Below are positions 1 to 10,190 of a stretch of 64,000 nt of DNA, piece by piece. This DNA comes from Candidatus Zixiibacteriota bacterium (GTDB lineage Bacteria > Zixibacteria > MSB-5A5 > GN15 > JAAZOE01). The notes below the pieces were generated by a model. It was not told where the DNA came from and did no database searches. It saw only the letters and a list, made by a program, of their open reading frames with translations. Each line of letters opens with the position of its first letter. Position 1 is the stretch's first letter. The translations under genes were made by a program, and so were the position numbers. The stretch lies in assembly GCA_043819555.1 (NCBI GenBank), contig JBDREQ010000076.1, positions 67,439 through 131,438 of the forward strand, read 5' to 3'.

Positions 1-1230
1 TATATCCATAGTCATTATCGGCTTGTTTTCCCCAACTCCGGTGTAAATATTTTCCATCATAAAATACGCGCCCAAAAAAGGCAATGCCAGGGCGCTTACA
101 TATAAAATTGTAATCCCATATTCGATTATTTCCGGTTCCTCAAAAAATTGCCCCATAATATACCGCGCGAATATCACCGTCATTAGACCCAAAAATGTCA
201 TTATTCCAACGGCGAGCCGGATTGCCTGAGATGCTGTTTCCCTTGCCCGTTCAAATTTCTTTGCTCCAAGATTATGTCCAATCAGTGCAGATAAACCTAA
301 TCCGATGCCAACCATCAGCATTACTCCCAGTGCCGCGATATGCTGGCTGACACCATAAGCCGCTACCACCCCGGTTCCATAGGTCGCGATTATCGGCATG
401 ATTACCGCCCGCGACGTTGTAAATGAAAATGATCCGACAGCGGCCGGAGCGCCGATTTTCAGTATCCGCCACATGGTATCGTATCGTATTTTTTCTCTGG
501 ACCAAAGCCTGAGTTTGATATTAGTCCCGCCTGCATACATAATTATCATACCAACGATAAACGCCAGGGCATAAGATATAACCGAAGCCCAGGCGGCGCC
601 CTTGACGCCCCAGGCCGGAAAAATCCACCATCCGAATATCATAAAAGGATCAAGAATTATATTAAAGACCGATAGCGAGATCATCAAGGCCATGGCAATG
701 TTGGGATTCGAAGTCCCCCGCATCGACGTAAAAACCGAGTAAGTCGCAAAATTGAATCCCAGACCGATAAAGATTATCCGCGAATAGATAACCGCGATTT
801 TATGAACCTCGCCCTCGGCCCCCAACAAATCCAATGCCCAGGGCGCCAGTAAATATCCGAGAAAACCAAAAAACAAAGCCGCTATCCATTTTAGCAAAAT
901 AGTATCTTTTATTGACCTCTCAGTACGTTCGACATTTTTCTCCCCATAGCGTCTCGATATAATCGCGACAGAACCGACTCCAACAATATGATTGGCTGAG
1001 TGTGCCACCCACAACATTGGCCCCGCGATCGTCAGCGCCGCGACCGCCTCCGGCCCCAGACCTGAAAGCCAATACATATCTACCAGGCTATATATATTGC
1101 CAAGGCCAAAACCAATCATTGAAGGAAGGCCCATTTTTAATATCGAACCGATAATCGAACCTTCGGTGTGATCAGTCAGTTTTTTTTGATTCGTTTTGTT
1201 ATTGGTTATAGATTTTTCCTGGTCGGACAC
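1..1230 (-). CDS. MATE family efflux transporter (3' end runs off window)
   Basis: Not in ORF track. Hand translation from GTG at 1230 (SD GGGGAG upstream): MSDQEK...TEGSIIGSILKMGLPSMIGFGLGNIYSLVDMYWLSGLGPEAVAALT; later LNIILDPFMIFGWWIFPAWGVKGAAWAS, typical MATE motifs. Confidence 0.9.
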   Translation of the reverse strand, partial: MSDQEKSITNNKTNQKKLTDHTEGSIIGSILKMGLPSMIGFGLGNIYSLVDMYWLSGLGPEAVAALTIAGPMLWVAHSANHIVGVGSVAIISRRYGEKNVERTERSIKDTILLKWIAALFFGFLGYLLAPWALDLLGAEGEVHKIAVIYSRIIFIGLGFNFATYSVFTSMRGTSNPNIAMALMISLSVFNIILDPFMIFGWWIFPAWGVKGAAWASVISYALAFIVGMIIMYAGGTNIKLRLWSREKIRYDTMWRILKIGAPAAVGSFSFTTSRAVIMPIIATYGTGVVAAYGVSQHIAALGVMLMVGIGLGLSALIGHNLGAKKFERARETASQAIRLAVGIMTFLGLMTVIFARYIMGQFFEEPEIIEYGITILYVSALALPFLGAYFMMENIYTGVGENKPIMTMDI

Positions 1231-1350
1231 AAAACTCCCCGCAGTTATTCAATATTCGATGCCAATCTACTATTTATTTTGCAAAGCGCCAATTACTTTT
1301 TCTTCTAATCTCAAAATTACATATGCGACGAATTATTAGCTATTATATCC

Positions 1351-1383
1351 AAAAAAAACTCCGAATTTTATAAATTCGGAGTC
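1351..1383 (-). terminator. Intrinsic terminator of tRNA-Thr/Tyr operon
   Basis: Hairpin ACTCCGAATTT/AAATTCGGAGT followed by T run on minus strand. Confidence 0.8.
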
Positions 1384-1391
1384 TGAATTTA

Positions 1392-1473
1392 TGGAGGGGG
1401 AAGGATTCGAACCTTCGAAGGCATCGCCAATAGATTTACAGTCTATCCCCTTTGGCCGCTCGGGAACCCCTCC
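1392..1473 (-). tRNA. tRNA-Tyr(GTA), CCA not encoded
   Basis: GGAGGGGTTCCCGAGCGGCCAAAGGGGATAGACTGTAAATCTAT...GAAGGTTCGAATCCTTCCCCCTCCA cloverleaf with long variable arm. Confidence 0.97.
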
Positions 1474-1527
1474 GATATTTATAAAAAATTTTTCTGTCGA
1501 ATCTCCTATTGGCCGTTTTGATTTTAC

Positions 1528-1600
1528 AGCCGGCGAGAGGAATCGAACCCCCGACAGGCTGATTACAAATCAGCTACTCTACCATCTGAGTTACGCCGGC
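1528..1600 (-). tRNA. tRNA-Thr(TGT), CCA not encoded
   Basis: GCCGGCGTAACTCAGATGGTAGAGTAGCTGATTTGTAATCAGC...GGTTCGATTCCTCTCGCCGGCT cloverleaf. Confidence 0.97.
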
Positions 1601-1620
1601 CTGTCAAAAATCAGGGCTAT

Positions 1621-1648
1621 AACATAGTCATTATCATCGACTTGTCAA
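1621..1648 (-). promoter_or_regulatory. sigma70-like promoter of tRNA operon
   Basis: TTGACA-16nt-TATGTT upstream of tRNA-Thr; -35 overlaps inverted repeat GTCAAGA-N5-TCTTGAC. Confidence 0.6.
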
Positions 1649-1883
1649 GAGGTTTTCTTGACGGGCATTACTGCAAGAGTTTCTCAAGTAAAAAATCCAA
1701 TAATTTCAATTGGGCCATGATTCTCTATAATCAAAACTATTACTTGAAAAGCATTAGAATCAACAATATATGCACCCTATTCCTGCTTTGGCAAATTGGA
1801 TTATATTTAGAGCGGCTTATATCGGAATACCTGGCCAATAAACTAATCTTTGAGTACCGAATTCTTTTCGGTATCCGATTCAC

Positions 1884-1931
1884 CGCGCTGTCAGGTCCTG
1901 ATCTCGGAATGCGAAAGTGTGACCTGACAGT
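1884..1931 (+). repeat. Palindromic repeat family A, copy 1
   Basis: 48 nt, 38/48 identical to 12302-12349; 11-bp outer stem. Confidence 0.75.
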
Positions 1932-1934
1932 CTA

Positions 1935-1974
1935 AAAAATGGGGCAGACGGGGACGTCTGACGCCCACGAAGTA
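1935..1974. repeat. Palindromic repeat family B copy 1 / possible cysS terminator
   Basis: AAAAATGGGGCAGACGGGGACGTCTGACGCCCAC, similar to 43804-43846. Confidence 0.6.
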
Positions 1975-1975
1975 A

Positions 1976-3382
1976 CTACATCTTCCTCTTCCATTTGACG
2001 CCCGCCGGGGTGTCTTCAAGGACAATGCCTTGAGCCAATAACTCGTCGCGGATGCTGTCGGCTTCAGCCCAGTTCTTATCTTTTCGAGCATGATTGCGCG
2101 CTTCGATCAACTTCTCGATATCAGAATCCAAGGCGGCTTCGGCTTTTTTACGCAGTCCGAAAACACTGTCAAAACCAGACACTGCCTCCAGAACAGCATC
2201 AGCTTCTGTTTTGGAGAGTTTATCTTCAGCTTTCAGGCGATTGATATCCCGAATTAAGTTAAAGACAACTCCAAACGCCTCGGAAATATTCAAATCATCA
2301 TCTAAAGCCTCAACAAAATCAGCCTTCGCCTTTTCGATAAAACCTGCAACCTCTCCCCCGTCGGAATTAGACGAGACATCGCCCAGATTATCGATAAAAT
2401 CATTATACCGTTTGACGCCTTCTCTTGCCGCATCAAGCAACTCAAAAGAAAAAACAAGCTGCATCCGATAATGAGTCGAGATTAACAGGTACCGAATCGC
2501 CAGAGGCGAGTGGTCTTTATCCAAAAGATCGCGGAGAGTATAAAAATTACCCAGCGATTTCGACATCTTATCTTCTTTGAGATTCAAATGTGCGCTGTGC
2601 ATCCAGTAATTAGCGAATGGCTTGCTGGTGAATGCTTCCGACTGCGCGATTTCATTCTCGTGATGCGGGAAAATATTATCGACACCGCCGGTATGAATAT
2701 CAAACTGCTCGCCAAGGTATTTCATCGACATCGCCGAACATTCAATGTGCCACCCGGGGCGCCCTTTGCCAATTTCCGTTTCCCAGAAAACATCACCATC
2801 GGCTTCATCCCAGCCTTTCCACAAGGCGAAATCTGAAATACTGTCCCGTTCATATTCATCGGATGCTACCCGCCGGCTGGCCCCGGCCTGAAGCTCGTCG
2901 AGTTTCATGTGCGACAGCTTACCGTAATCATTCTTTTTGGAAATCCTGAAATAAATGTCTCCGCCCGATTCATAAGCATATTCTTTTTCCAAAAGAGCCT
3001 TAACGATCTCGACCATTTCCGGAATATGATCGGTTGCCGCCGGATAATGTTCTGCCCTTTCAAAATTGAGAGAATCAATATCCTCAAAAAATCCTTTTAT
3101 ATATTGATCCGTAATATCTTTGATGGGAACACCCTGTTCTTTCGCCGCTTTTATCGTCTTGTCATCGATGTCTGTCAGATTCATAACCTGGGTAACTTTG
3201 TACCCTCTATACTTCAAATACCGGCGCAGAATATCCTCAAAAATAAACGTCCGCATGTTGCCGATATGCGGGAAATTATATACCGTCGGTCCGCAGGTGT
3301 ACATCCGCACATGGCCGTCTTCAATCGGACGGAACTCTTCTTTGGTTCGAGTCATTGTATTAAAAAATCTCAATGCCATCAC
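1976..3382 (-). CDS. cysS: Cysteine--tRNA ligase
   Basis: CGPTVY, HIGN, GRPGWHIECSAM, KMSKS motifs. Confidence 0.98.
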   Translation of the reverse strand: MMALRFFNTMTRTKEEFRPIEDGHVRMYTCGPTVYNFPHIGNMRTFIFEDILRRYLKYRGYKVTQVMNLTDIDDKTIKAAKEQGVPIKDITDQYIKGFFEDIDSLNFERAEHYPAATDHIPEMVEIVKALLEKEYAYESGGDIYFRISKKNDYGKLSHMKLDELQAGASRRVASDEYERDSISDFALWKGWDEADGDVFWETEIGKGRPGWHIECSAMSMKYLGEQFDIHTGGVDNIFPHHENEIAQSEAFTSKPFANYWMHSAHLNLKEDKMSKSLGNFYTLRDLLDKDHSPLAIRYLLISTHYRMQLVFSFELLDAAREGVKRYNDFIDNLGDVSSNSDGGEVAGFIEKAKADFVEALDDDLNISEAFGVVFNLIRDINRLKAEDKLSKTEADAVLEAVSGFDSVFGLRKKAEAALDSDIEKLIEARNHARKDKNWAEADSIRDELLAQGIVLEDTPAGVKWKRKM

Positions 3383-3383
3383 A

Positions 3384-4460
3384 TTACCTCGCGGTCAGAG
3401 AGTCAACCGTTTTCTTATCCAGTTTCTTGACGACTTCCACAATCAATTTCAAAGTATTGTCATAATCCTTGCGGTACATCATTGAATTATGGCTGTGAAT
3501 GTACCTTGTCGGAGGCCCGATGTAAATCGACGGCACCCCGCTTCGACTCAAATGAATTCGCGATCCATCGCCAGAGCCTCTTTCCATATATGAAAGATTA
3601 TACGGTAATTTCATTCTTTTAGCCGTATCCATAAATAATTTCCTCAACCGGGTATTGGGAATCATGCCGCCTTCATAAATCAATATCGACGGTCCTCCGC
3701 CAAACTTTTCCGGGCGACCTTTATATCCAGGAACATCAAGAGCAATACCGACGTCTATTATAATCGCTACATTAGGTTTAGAAACATAGGCAATCGTATT
3801 GGCGCCCCGCAGTCCGACTTCTTCCTGCACCGATCCGGCCCCAATTATCAAATTGGGATGTTTGGCTTTTTTAAGCTTCCGCATAACTTCGACCACGAGA
3901 GCGCAGGCAATCCTATTATCAATCGCCTTGGCCATATAAACACTTTTATTATTCATTACGGTAAAATCACTATCGGGTACAATCGCATCGCCGATTTCTA
4001 CACCCAACTTTTTGGTAATATCAAATTTCTCCATCCCGCCGACATCAATAAACATATCACCAATATCCATTACTTTCTGCCGTTCTTCCGGCTTTAACAG
4101 ATGCGGCGGCTTACTCCCGACTACGCCCAGCACGGGTCCTTTACTGGTCAGGACTTTCATCCGCTGTCCCAGGGCAACATGCCCCCACCAACCGCCCAGC
4201 GGCAGGAATTTGATAAAGCCATCCTTGGTAATCTCTTTGACCATGAAACCGATCTCATCCATGTGCGAGTCGATCAATACGCGTGGAGAATCGGATGTTC
4301 CTTTCATGGTAGCCATGATCGAGCCGAGTTTATCGTATTGAATCTCCCCCAAATCCTCCAGATAGGACGCCATCACCTTTGTAATATCTTCTTCGTGCCC
4401 CGAAGGCCCATAGGCATTGGTCATATCCCTTAATAATTCCTGTGTAAAATCCATTACCAA
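3384..4460 (-). CDS. M42 family aminopeptidase
   Basis: GPSGHE, HMDEIG, KAIDNR, QEEVGLRGA, RYIHS motifs. Confidence 0.93.
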   Translation of the reverse strand: MVMDFTQELLRDMTNAYGPSGHEEDITKVMASYLEDLGEIQYDKLGSIMATMKGTSDSPRVLIDSHMDEIGFMVKEITKDGFIKFLPLGGWWGHVALGQRMKVLTSKGPVLGVVGSKPPHLLKPEERQKVMDIGDMFIDVGGMEKFDITKKLGVEIGDAIVPDSDFTVMNNKSVYMAKAIDNRIACALVVEVMRKLKKAKHPNLIIGAGSVQEEVGLRGANTIAYVSKPNVAIIIDVGIALDVPGYKGRPEKFGGGPSILIYEGGMIPNTRLRKLFMDTAKRMKLPYNLSYMERGSGDGSRIHLSRSGVPSIYIGPPTRYIHSHNSMMYRKDYDNTLKLIVEVVKKLDKKTVDSLTAR

Positions 4461-4473
4461 ACCTTTCTATTTT

Positions 4474-5208
4474 CTATGCGATAATTTTCAATAATTCATC
4501 CAGACGATGTATTACCGGAAAGCCATCCGGCATCGGTTCCGGGTACTCCCGGCCTTCACGGTATTTCAAGACGCCGTTCATCCCAAGTTCCTGTGGACCG
4601 AGCACATCCTCAATAAATCTATCGCCAACATAAACCGTATTTTCCGGAGGCAAATCAATAAGTTTTAATCCGTACCGGTAAATATCCGGCCAGGGTTTGC
4701 GCCATCCAAAGTCGTAAGAATATATCCGAAAATCAAAGTACTGCATGATCTCATAATTGACCAAATCAACATCATGTTCGTCGCCGGGGAAAATTGTATT
4801 GGATATGATTCCCATCGGGATACCGCACTCTTTTAATCCACTCAAAGTCTCATATACTCCGTCGCAAAGAGTAATTCCATTGCGAACAATTTCATAAAAT
4901 GTTGCGACAAACTTATTGCTTTGTTCAATTGGATCTCTAATTTCGAATTCCATTAACAACTTCTCGAATGCGGTATTAATTTTCCATTCCTTCAGAGTTT
5001 TCATCGCCATCTCACGAAACTCGTTTTTTATCTCTTCAAGTCGATTATTAAAAGTATCAAAATCGGGAATGCCGCCGTTATGTTCAGCCAATTGCCTGTA
5101 TCCGGCCTCCTGAGCTTCCTGAGTAATTTCCGGCCAGGGGCGATGTTCGAATTCAATCAGAGTCGATCCCAGATCAAAAATCACGCCCCTGATGTTACGA
5201 TATTGCAT
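4474..5208 (-). CDS. HAD-superfamily hydrolase
   Basis: IFDLGSTL, ISN, KP, VGDRFIEDV motifs. Confidence 0.85.
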   Translation of the reverse strand: MQYRNIRGVIFDLGSTLIEFEHRPWPEITQEAQEAGYRQLAEHNGGIPDFDTFNNRLEEIKNEFREMAMKTLKEWKINTAFEKLLMEFEIRDPIEQSNKFVATFYEIVRNGITLCDGVYETLSGLKECGIPMGIISNTIFPGDEHDVDLVNYEIMQYFDFRIYSYDFGWRKPWPDIYRYGLKLIDLPPENTVYVGDRFIEDVLGPQELGMNGVLKYREGREYPEPMPDGFPVIHRLDELLKIIA

Positions 5209-5209
5209 G

Positions 5210-6244
5210 TTATTCCTTATCCAATGCCAGATGACAGAGGTTTACAAGCAATTCATCAAAGGATATCCCGGCTTCTTTGGCCGCCATCGGGAAAAGCGAT
5301 AATTCGGTCATACCCGGCAAGGTATTTAGCTCGAGGCAGATATAATCATCGACATCTTTGACAATAAAATCAACCCGCGCATAACCCCGGCATCCGATTG
5401 TCTGATAAAACCTAGAAGCATCATCAGAGAGCCTGTCGGCCAACTCATCGCTAATATTGGCCGGGCAAAAATACTGTGATTTCCCCTTTGTATATTTGCA
5501 GGTATAATCATATAATTTATGAGTTGGTTTGATTTCGACCGGAGGCAGAGTTAAACCATTGAGAACTGCGATTGTAATTTCCTGCCCTGAATAGTATGTT
5601 TCAGCCATAATCTGATGAGACGCGCCAAAAGCTTTTTCAAATGCCGGAGCCAGGTCCCCCAAATCCTCGACCAGCGACAAGCCAACTGTTGAACCGCAAT
5701 CAACCGGTTTGATAATCACTGGAATATCAAACTGAGTTGATATTTGATTAACCATTCCGACAACTTGCTGCCCGCTTTCAAATACTTTCCAATATGCCGT
5801 GGGAATATTCAGAGTCTTCATTATCCTTTTGGATATATCTTTATTCATGGCAATCGCCGAAGCCGCCATAGGCGATCCCGTATATGGAATTTGCAAAAAT
5901 TCCATTATGGCCTGAAAAGTTCCGTTTTCACCGAATCCGCCATGCAGTCCATTAAAAGCAACATCCAGCCCATTATCGCGAGCCTCGGATAGGTTGCCGA
6001 TTAATTTCTCCATGCCCTTCTCTTGAGCCCCTTCGGGAATTGAGTAATCTTCAGAAGCAATTTTCTCCGTCCCGTGAATAAAGGATTCTTCAAAGAACTC
6101 ACCCGACAAAGTATCGATGATGCGAACCGAATTACCGGTTGAAATCAAAGAAGCGGCAATTGCTCTCGCCGATTCGAGCGATACATCCCGTTCGCCCGAT
6201 TCGCCTCCGGCCAATACGATAATATTAAGTTTTTTGTCTTCCAT
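5210..6244 (-). CDS. ddl: D-alanine--D-alanine ligase
   Basis: GGESGERDVS, LHGGFGENG, YDYTCKY, ELNTLPGMT. Confidence 0.95.
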   Translation of the reverse strand: MEDKKLNIIVLAGGESGERDVSLESARAIAASLISTGNSVRIIDTLSGEFFEESFIHGTEKIASEDYSIPEGAQEKGMEKLIGNLSEARDNGLDVAFNGLHGGFGENGTFQAIMEFLQIPYTGSPMAASAIAMNKDISKRIMKTLNIPTAYWKVFESGQQVVGMVNQISTQFDIPVIIKPVDCGSTVGLSLVEDLGDLAPAFEKAFGASHQIMAETYYSGQEITIAVLNGLTLPPVEIKPTHKLYDYTCKYTKGKSQYFCPANISDELADRLSDDASRFYQTIGCRGYARVDFIVKDVDDYICLELNTLPGMTELSLFPMAAKEAGISFDELLVNLCHLALDKE

Positions 6245-6863
6245 GAATTATCCGCCTGATTACAAAAACGACCCAAATTATAACAAACCCGCCGACTACA
6301 ACCAAGACTATTTTGGAATATATATTAAACCATTCCAAAATATTATCCACGTAGGCGTGAAAAAGATACGCCGTAGCGATAAGTACTCCATGAAACAAAA
6401 CGCTCGAAATATAAGAATAAGTAATCATTCGCACTGTGGGATAGCGGCTGATGCCGGCGCCTATCGCAACCGCCACCCGGGCGCCGACAATAAAACGGCT
6501 GGCAAGCAATATCAACGCTCCATATTTATCGAACCAGCTATCAACCTGATTGACATCTTGAGCATTAAAAAATCTATAATTCTTCCTTTCGAAAAATTCC
6601 TTGCCGCCTCGATACCCTAATATATATACCAGCATTACCGAGGATATGGTTCCCAGAGTAATAAATAATGCTGTTGGCAAAAGGCTCAATTTTCCGATTG
6701 CTGCCAGGTAACCGCCCACGATAGTAAATGTATCGCCCGGAATCGGGGGAAAAATATTTTCGAGAAAAGCAATACCAAAAAGTATCAGATAAATATATAT
6801 TGGATTAACGCTGTCAACCAATGCCAGCGCTTCATTAAATCCGGCGGATAAAAATTCAATCAT
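6225..6863 (-). CDS. DedA family membrane protein
   Basis: ENIFPPIPGD, SRFIVGAR motifs; hydrophobic. Confidence 0.9.
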   Translation of the reverse strand: MIEFLSAGFNEALALVDSVNPIYIYLILFGIAFLENIFPPIPGDTFTIVGGYLAAIGKLSLLPTALFITLGTISSVMLVYILGYRGGKEFFERKNYRFFNAQDVNQVDSWFDKYGALILLASRFIVGARVAVAIGAGISRYPTVRMITYSYISSVLFHGVLIATAYLFHAYVDNILEWFNIYSKIVLVVVGGFVIIWVVFVIRRIIHGRQKT

Positions 6864-7360
6864 ATCGCTTTATACACGGCCGCAGCAGCCAGAGCGGCGA
6901 TCCCTTCTTCCCGTCCTGCAAATCCGAGCTTTTCGGTCGTGGTTGCTTTAACATTAACCCGGCTTCTGTCAATTTGTAAAACTCCGGCTAACCGCTCCCG
7001 CATTTTATCAAGATATGCCGATAGTTTCGGCTTCTGGGCAATCACTGTCGCATCGATATTGGAGATACTCCAGCCGCTCGATTTTACTTTCAAAACAGTA
7101 TTTTCAAGCAAAAACATTGAACTGATATTGCGATACGCCTCATTACTATCAGGATAATGGCCTCCAATATCGCCCAATCCAACGGCCCCCAAAAGAGCGT
7201 CTATGATGGCATGGACTAATACATCGGCGTCGCTATGCCCCGAAAGTCCAAATTCATATTCGATCTCAACCCCGCCCAATGTCAATTTGCGATTTTTGGC
7301 AAAAGCATGCACATCAAAACCACTTCCAACTCTAAAATCTGACACCTGTTTCTCCTTCAA
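6860..7360 (-). CDS. ispF: 2-C-methyl-D-erythritol 2,4-cyclodiphosphate synthase
   Basis: GFDVH, GHSDADV, KATTTEKLGF; true start may be GTG near 7345. Confidence 0.96.
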   Translation of the reverse strand: MKEKQVSDFRVGSGFDVHAFAKNRKLTLGGVEIEYEFGLSGHSDADVLVHAIIDALLGAVGLGDIGGHYPDSNEAYRNISSMFLLENTVLKVKSSGWSISNIDATVIAQKPKLSAYLDKMRERLAGVLQIDRSRVNVKATTTEKLGFAGREEGIAALAAAAVYKAI

Positions 7361-8039
7361 GTAACATTGTGAAATACTTCAGATCATCCTTAGTGGTCAG
7401 TTTCGGATTGGGGCCGGATGACGGAATCAGCTTGACCATAAAACCGAGATTTTCTACCAGCGAGGCGTCATCGGTCGCCTCCAGCCCTTTTTCCTTTCCT
7501 TTCAAATATGCTTCTTTTATGAGATCATATTGAAATACCTGCGGGGTTTCGGCGAGATACAAATTCTTGCGATCAATTGTCGCCATAATTACTCCATCTC
7601 GGGATCGCTTCACTGTTTCGGAAACCGGCCGCGCCAATATCGCCGCTCGATTATTACGGGCTTCCAGAGTAACCAGATCAATATCTGAAGGTTTCACCAG
7701 AGGCCTGACGGAATCATGTATGGCCACGAAACCGGCCGATATGGGAAGTGACTCCAATCCCTTCATCACTGATTCCATTCTCGTCTCTCCCCCTGGAACA
7801 ATTTTGGCTACTTTTCTAAAATCGTAGGGATTGACAACCTGATTATTAACGTACAGCAAATAATCTTCGGCAGCTACAATGACAATCGCGTCGATCGTCT
7901 GTGCGACCTCAAAACGTGAAATCGTCCAGCTTATAACCGGTTTTCCGGCAACTAATTGATATTGTTTGGGTATTCCCCCGCCGAATCTCCTCCCACTTCC
8001 TCCCGCGACTATTAAGGCATAGGTCTTCATAAGTTTCAT
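7332..8039 (-). CDS. ispD: 2-C-methyl-D-erythritol 4-phosphate cytidylyltransferase
   Basis: AGGSGRRFG..PKQY, IHDSVRP, ETPQVF, TDDASL; adjacent to ispF. Confidence 0.95.
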   Translation of the reverse strand: MKLMKTYALIVAGGSGRRFGGGIPKQYQLVAGKPVISWTISRFEVAQTIDAIVIVAAEDYLLYVNNQVVNPYDFRKVAKIVPGGETRMESVMKGLESLPISAGFVAIHDSVRPLVKPSDIDLVTLEARNNRAAILARPVSETVKRSRDGVIMATIDRKNLYLAETPQVFQYDLIKEAYLKGKEKGLEATDDASLVENLGFMVKLIPSSGPNPKLTTKDDLKYFTMLLEGETGVRF

Positions 8040-8078
8040 AATACTACAGTTTTTACATCGGGTAAAGTCAAAACAGCT

Positions 8079-9104
8079 TTACAAAATCAGCATGCAGTCG
8101 CCATAGCTGTAAAAACGGTACTTTTTTTCAACTGCATGCCGGTACGCTTCAAACAAAAATTCTTTGCCGCAAAATGCAGCCACCAGCATTAAGAGTGAAG
8201 TTTTGGGTAAATGAAAATTCGTAATCAAACTGTTAACAATTTTATAATTGTATGGGGGATATATAAATAAATCAACAAGTTTAGATATTGGTTTAAGTGT
8301 GGCGTCTGTCGCAGAAGCATATTCTAAAGTTCTGATTGAGGTCGTGCCCACCGCCAATAGCTTTTTCCCACAGGCTTTTTTCTCGTTTATTGACCGTGCG
8401 ATTTCATCCGATATATGCGCCATTTCCGCATCAATTATATGATCTTCTATGCTTTCAGAGGTCACCGGTTTGAATGTCCCGGGACCGACATGAAGAGTCA
8501 ATTTTTCAATTGAGATTCCGTTGGAATTCAACTTATCAATAATCAGCTTATCAAAATGCAATCCGGCCGTGGGCGCCGCAACCGATCCCGATGAATCGGC
8601 ATAAATAGTTTGATATCTGTTTATGTCTTCTTCCGTCGCTGTGCGTTTGATATAGGGAGGCAGCGGAACAAGCCCGAATTTCTCAATTATCTTATTTTCA
8701 ATTTCGCTCGAATCAAATTCAATAATCCGTTCGACCTGCCCGGGATTATTAATTGCGGTTATGTATAAAAAATCAGAAAAATAGATCTTCTCTTTTTTCT
8801 TAATTCGTCCTGAGGGTCTAATCAGAGCTATCCATCTATTGCCCGACTCGCGCCGAACAAGAAATATCTCGACTTTTCCCCCAGTGCCCCGCTTTCCAAA
8901 CAATCGAGCCTTAAATACTTTACTATCATTAACCACCAAAAAATAAGAATCATCAATTATCTCCGGCAGTTCATAAAAATACCTGTCTGAAATCGAATGA
9001 GTGCTTCTGTCGAGAACCATCATTTTCGATTCCGACCGTTTGTCAGCCGGGTATTGAGCGATTAATTCTGGGGGTAATTGATAATCAAAATCTGATAATT
9101 TCAT
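8079..9104 (-). CDS. queA: S-adenosylmethionine:tRNA ribosyltransferase-isomerase
   Basis: LPPYI, AAPTAGLHF, TNFHLP, YRFYSYGD. Confidence 0.97.
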   Translation of the reverse strand: MKLSDFDYQLPPELIAQYPADKRSESKMMVLDRSTHSISDRYFYELPEIIDDSYFLVVNDSKVFKARLFGKRGTGGKVEIFLVRRESGNRWIALIRPSGRIKKKEKIYFSDFLYITAINNPGQVERIIEFDSSEIENKIIEKFGLVPLPPYIKRTATEEDINRYQTIYADSSGSVAAPTAGLHFDKLIIDKLNSNGISIEKLTLHVGPGTFKPVTSESIEDHIIDAEMAHISDEIARSINEKKACGKKLLAVGTTSIRTLEYASATDATLKPISKLVDLFIYPPYNYKIVNSLITNFHLPKTSLLMLVAAFCGKEFLFEAYRHAVEKKYRFYSYGDCMLIL

Positions 9105-9158
9105 TTTGTCAAAAACAGATTAAGGATGATTGTGAGAATAAACGACTCATAACAATGA

Positions 9159-10190
9159 TTAGAATAAAGATTCCTGCGGACCGGACGATTCGCCTTTTTT
9201 GATTCCAAGATGTTCATAGGCCATATCGGTCGCCACTCTGCCCCGCCTGGTTCTCTGGATAAGTCCGATTTTCAGCAGATAAGGTTCGACCATATCGACC
9301 AGAGTGTCGCTTTCTTCATTGAGTGTTGTCGCGATTGTATCAAGTCCCACCGGACCGCCTTTGTAATAATCAATTATCACTTTGATGTAACTCCGGTCGA
9401 GCTTATCCAGTCCGATATTATCGATCCCTTCGAGTCTCAGCGCTTTCTCAGCAATACCGGCATCTATCGTTCCATCGCCTTTGACCTGGCAATAATCCCG
9501 AACACGGCGCAGCAGACGATTGGCTACTCGAGGAGTTCCTCGGCTCCGTTTTCCTATAATAAATGACGCTTCCTCATCAATATTTATTTCCATTAATCCC
9601 GATGATCGCCTGACCACTTCCGCCAACTCTTCAGTTCCATAGAAATCAATATGATGATAAATCCCGAAACGGTCGCGCAGCGGCGCCGACAGCATCCCCG
9701 CCCGGGTAGTAGCCCCAACCATCGTAAATTGCTTCAACGGCATATTTATTACTCTGGAAAACGCGCCTTTATCAACCAAAAATTCAATTCTAAAATCTTC
9801 AAGGGCAGGGTACAAAAACTCTTCCACGACCGGATTCAATCGATGTATTTCATCAATGAATAAAACATCTCCCCGCTTGAGGTTGGTCAAAATACCCATC
9901 AAGTCGCCGGATCTGGTCAACGACGGTCCCGAAGTGCAGACAATATTGGCGCCCATTTCTTTGGCCAGGATAAACGCCAGGGTAGTTTTCCCCAGTCCGG
10001 GCGGGCCATAATAAAGGATATGCTCGTGCGGCTCATCGCGCCCTTGGGCGGCCTGAATTGATAGGCGCATTTTCTCAACCAGATTGGTCTGCCCGATATA
10101 CTCATCCAGCGTTTCCGGACGCAGGGATAATATCGCTTTTTCCTCGTCCGGTTTTCCTGCTTCTGGTGAAATAACACGATCGCGTTTCAT
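9159..10190 (-). CDS. ruvB: Holliday junction branch migration helicase RuvB
   Basis: GPPGLGKTT, DEIHR, RGTPRVANRLL. Confidence 0.98.
   Translation of the reverse strand: MKRDRVISPEAGKPDEEKAILSLRPETLDEYIGQTNLVEKMRLSIQAAQGRDEPHEHILYYGPPGLGKTTLAFILAKEMGANIVCTSGPSLTRSGDLMGILTNLKRGDVLFIDEIHRLNPVVEEFLYPALEDFRIEFLVDKGAFSRVINMPLKQFTMVGATTRAGMLSAPLRDRFGIYHHIDFYGTEELAEVVRRSSGLMEINIDEEASFIIGKRSRGTPRVANRLLRRVRDYCQVKGDGTIDAGIAEKALRLEGIDNIGLDKLDRSYIKVIIDYYKGGPVGLDTIATTLNEESDTLVDMVEPYLLKIGLIQRTRRGRVATDMAYEHLGIKKGESSGPQESLF

Noticed and set aside
1884..1931. Hammerhead ribozyme (CTGA...GAAA)
   Set aside because: Lacks the CUGANGA core and a third stem with a cleavage triplet
1391..1935. ORFs 1391-1627 and 1642-1935 (+)
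   Set aside because: The first is antisense to two tRNAs; the second spans promoter and repeat DNA with no protein-like features
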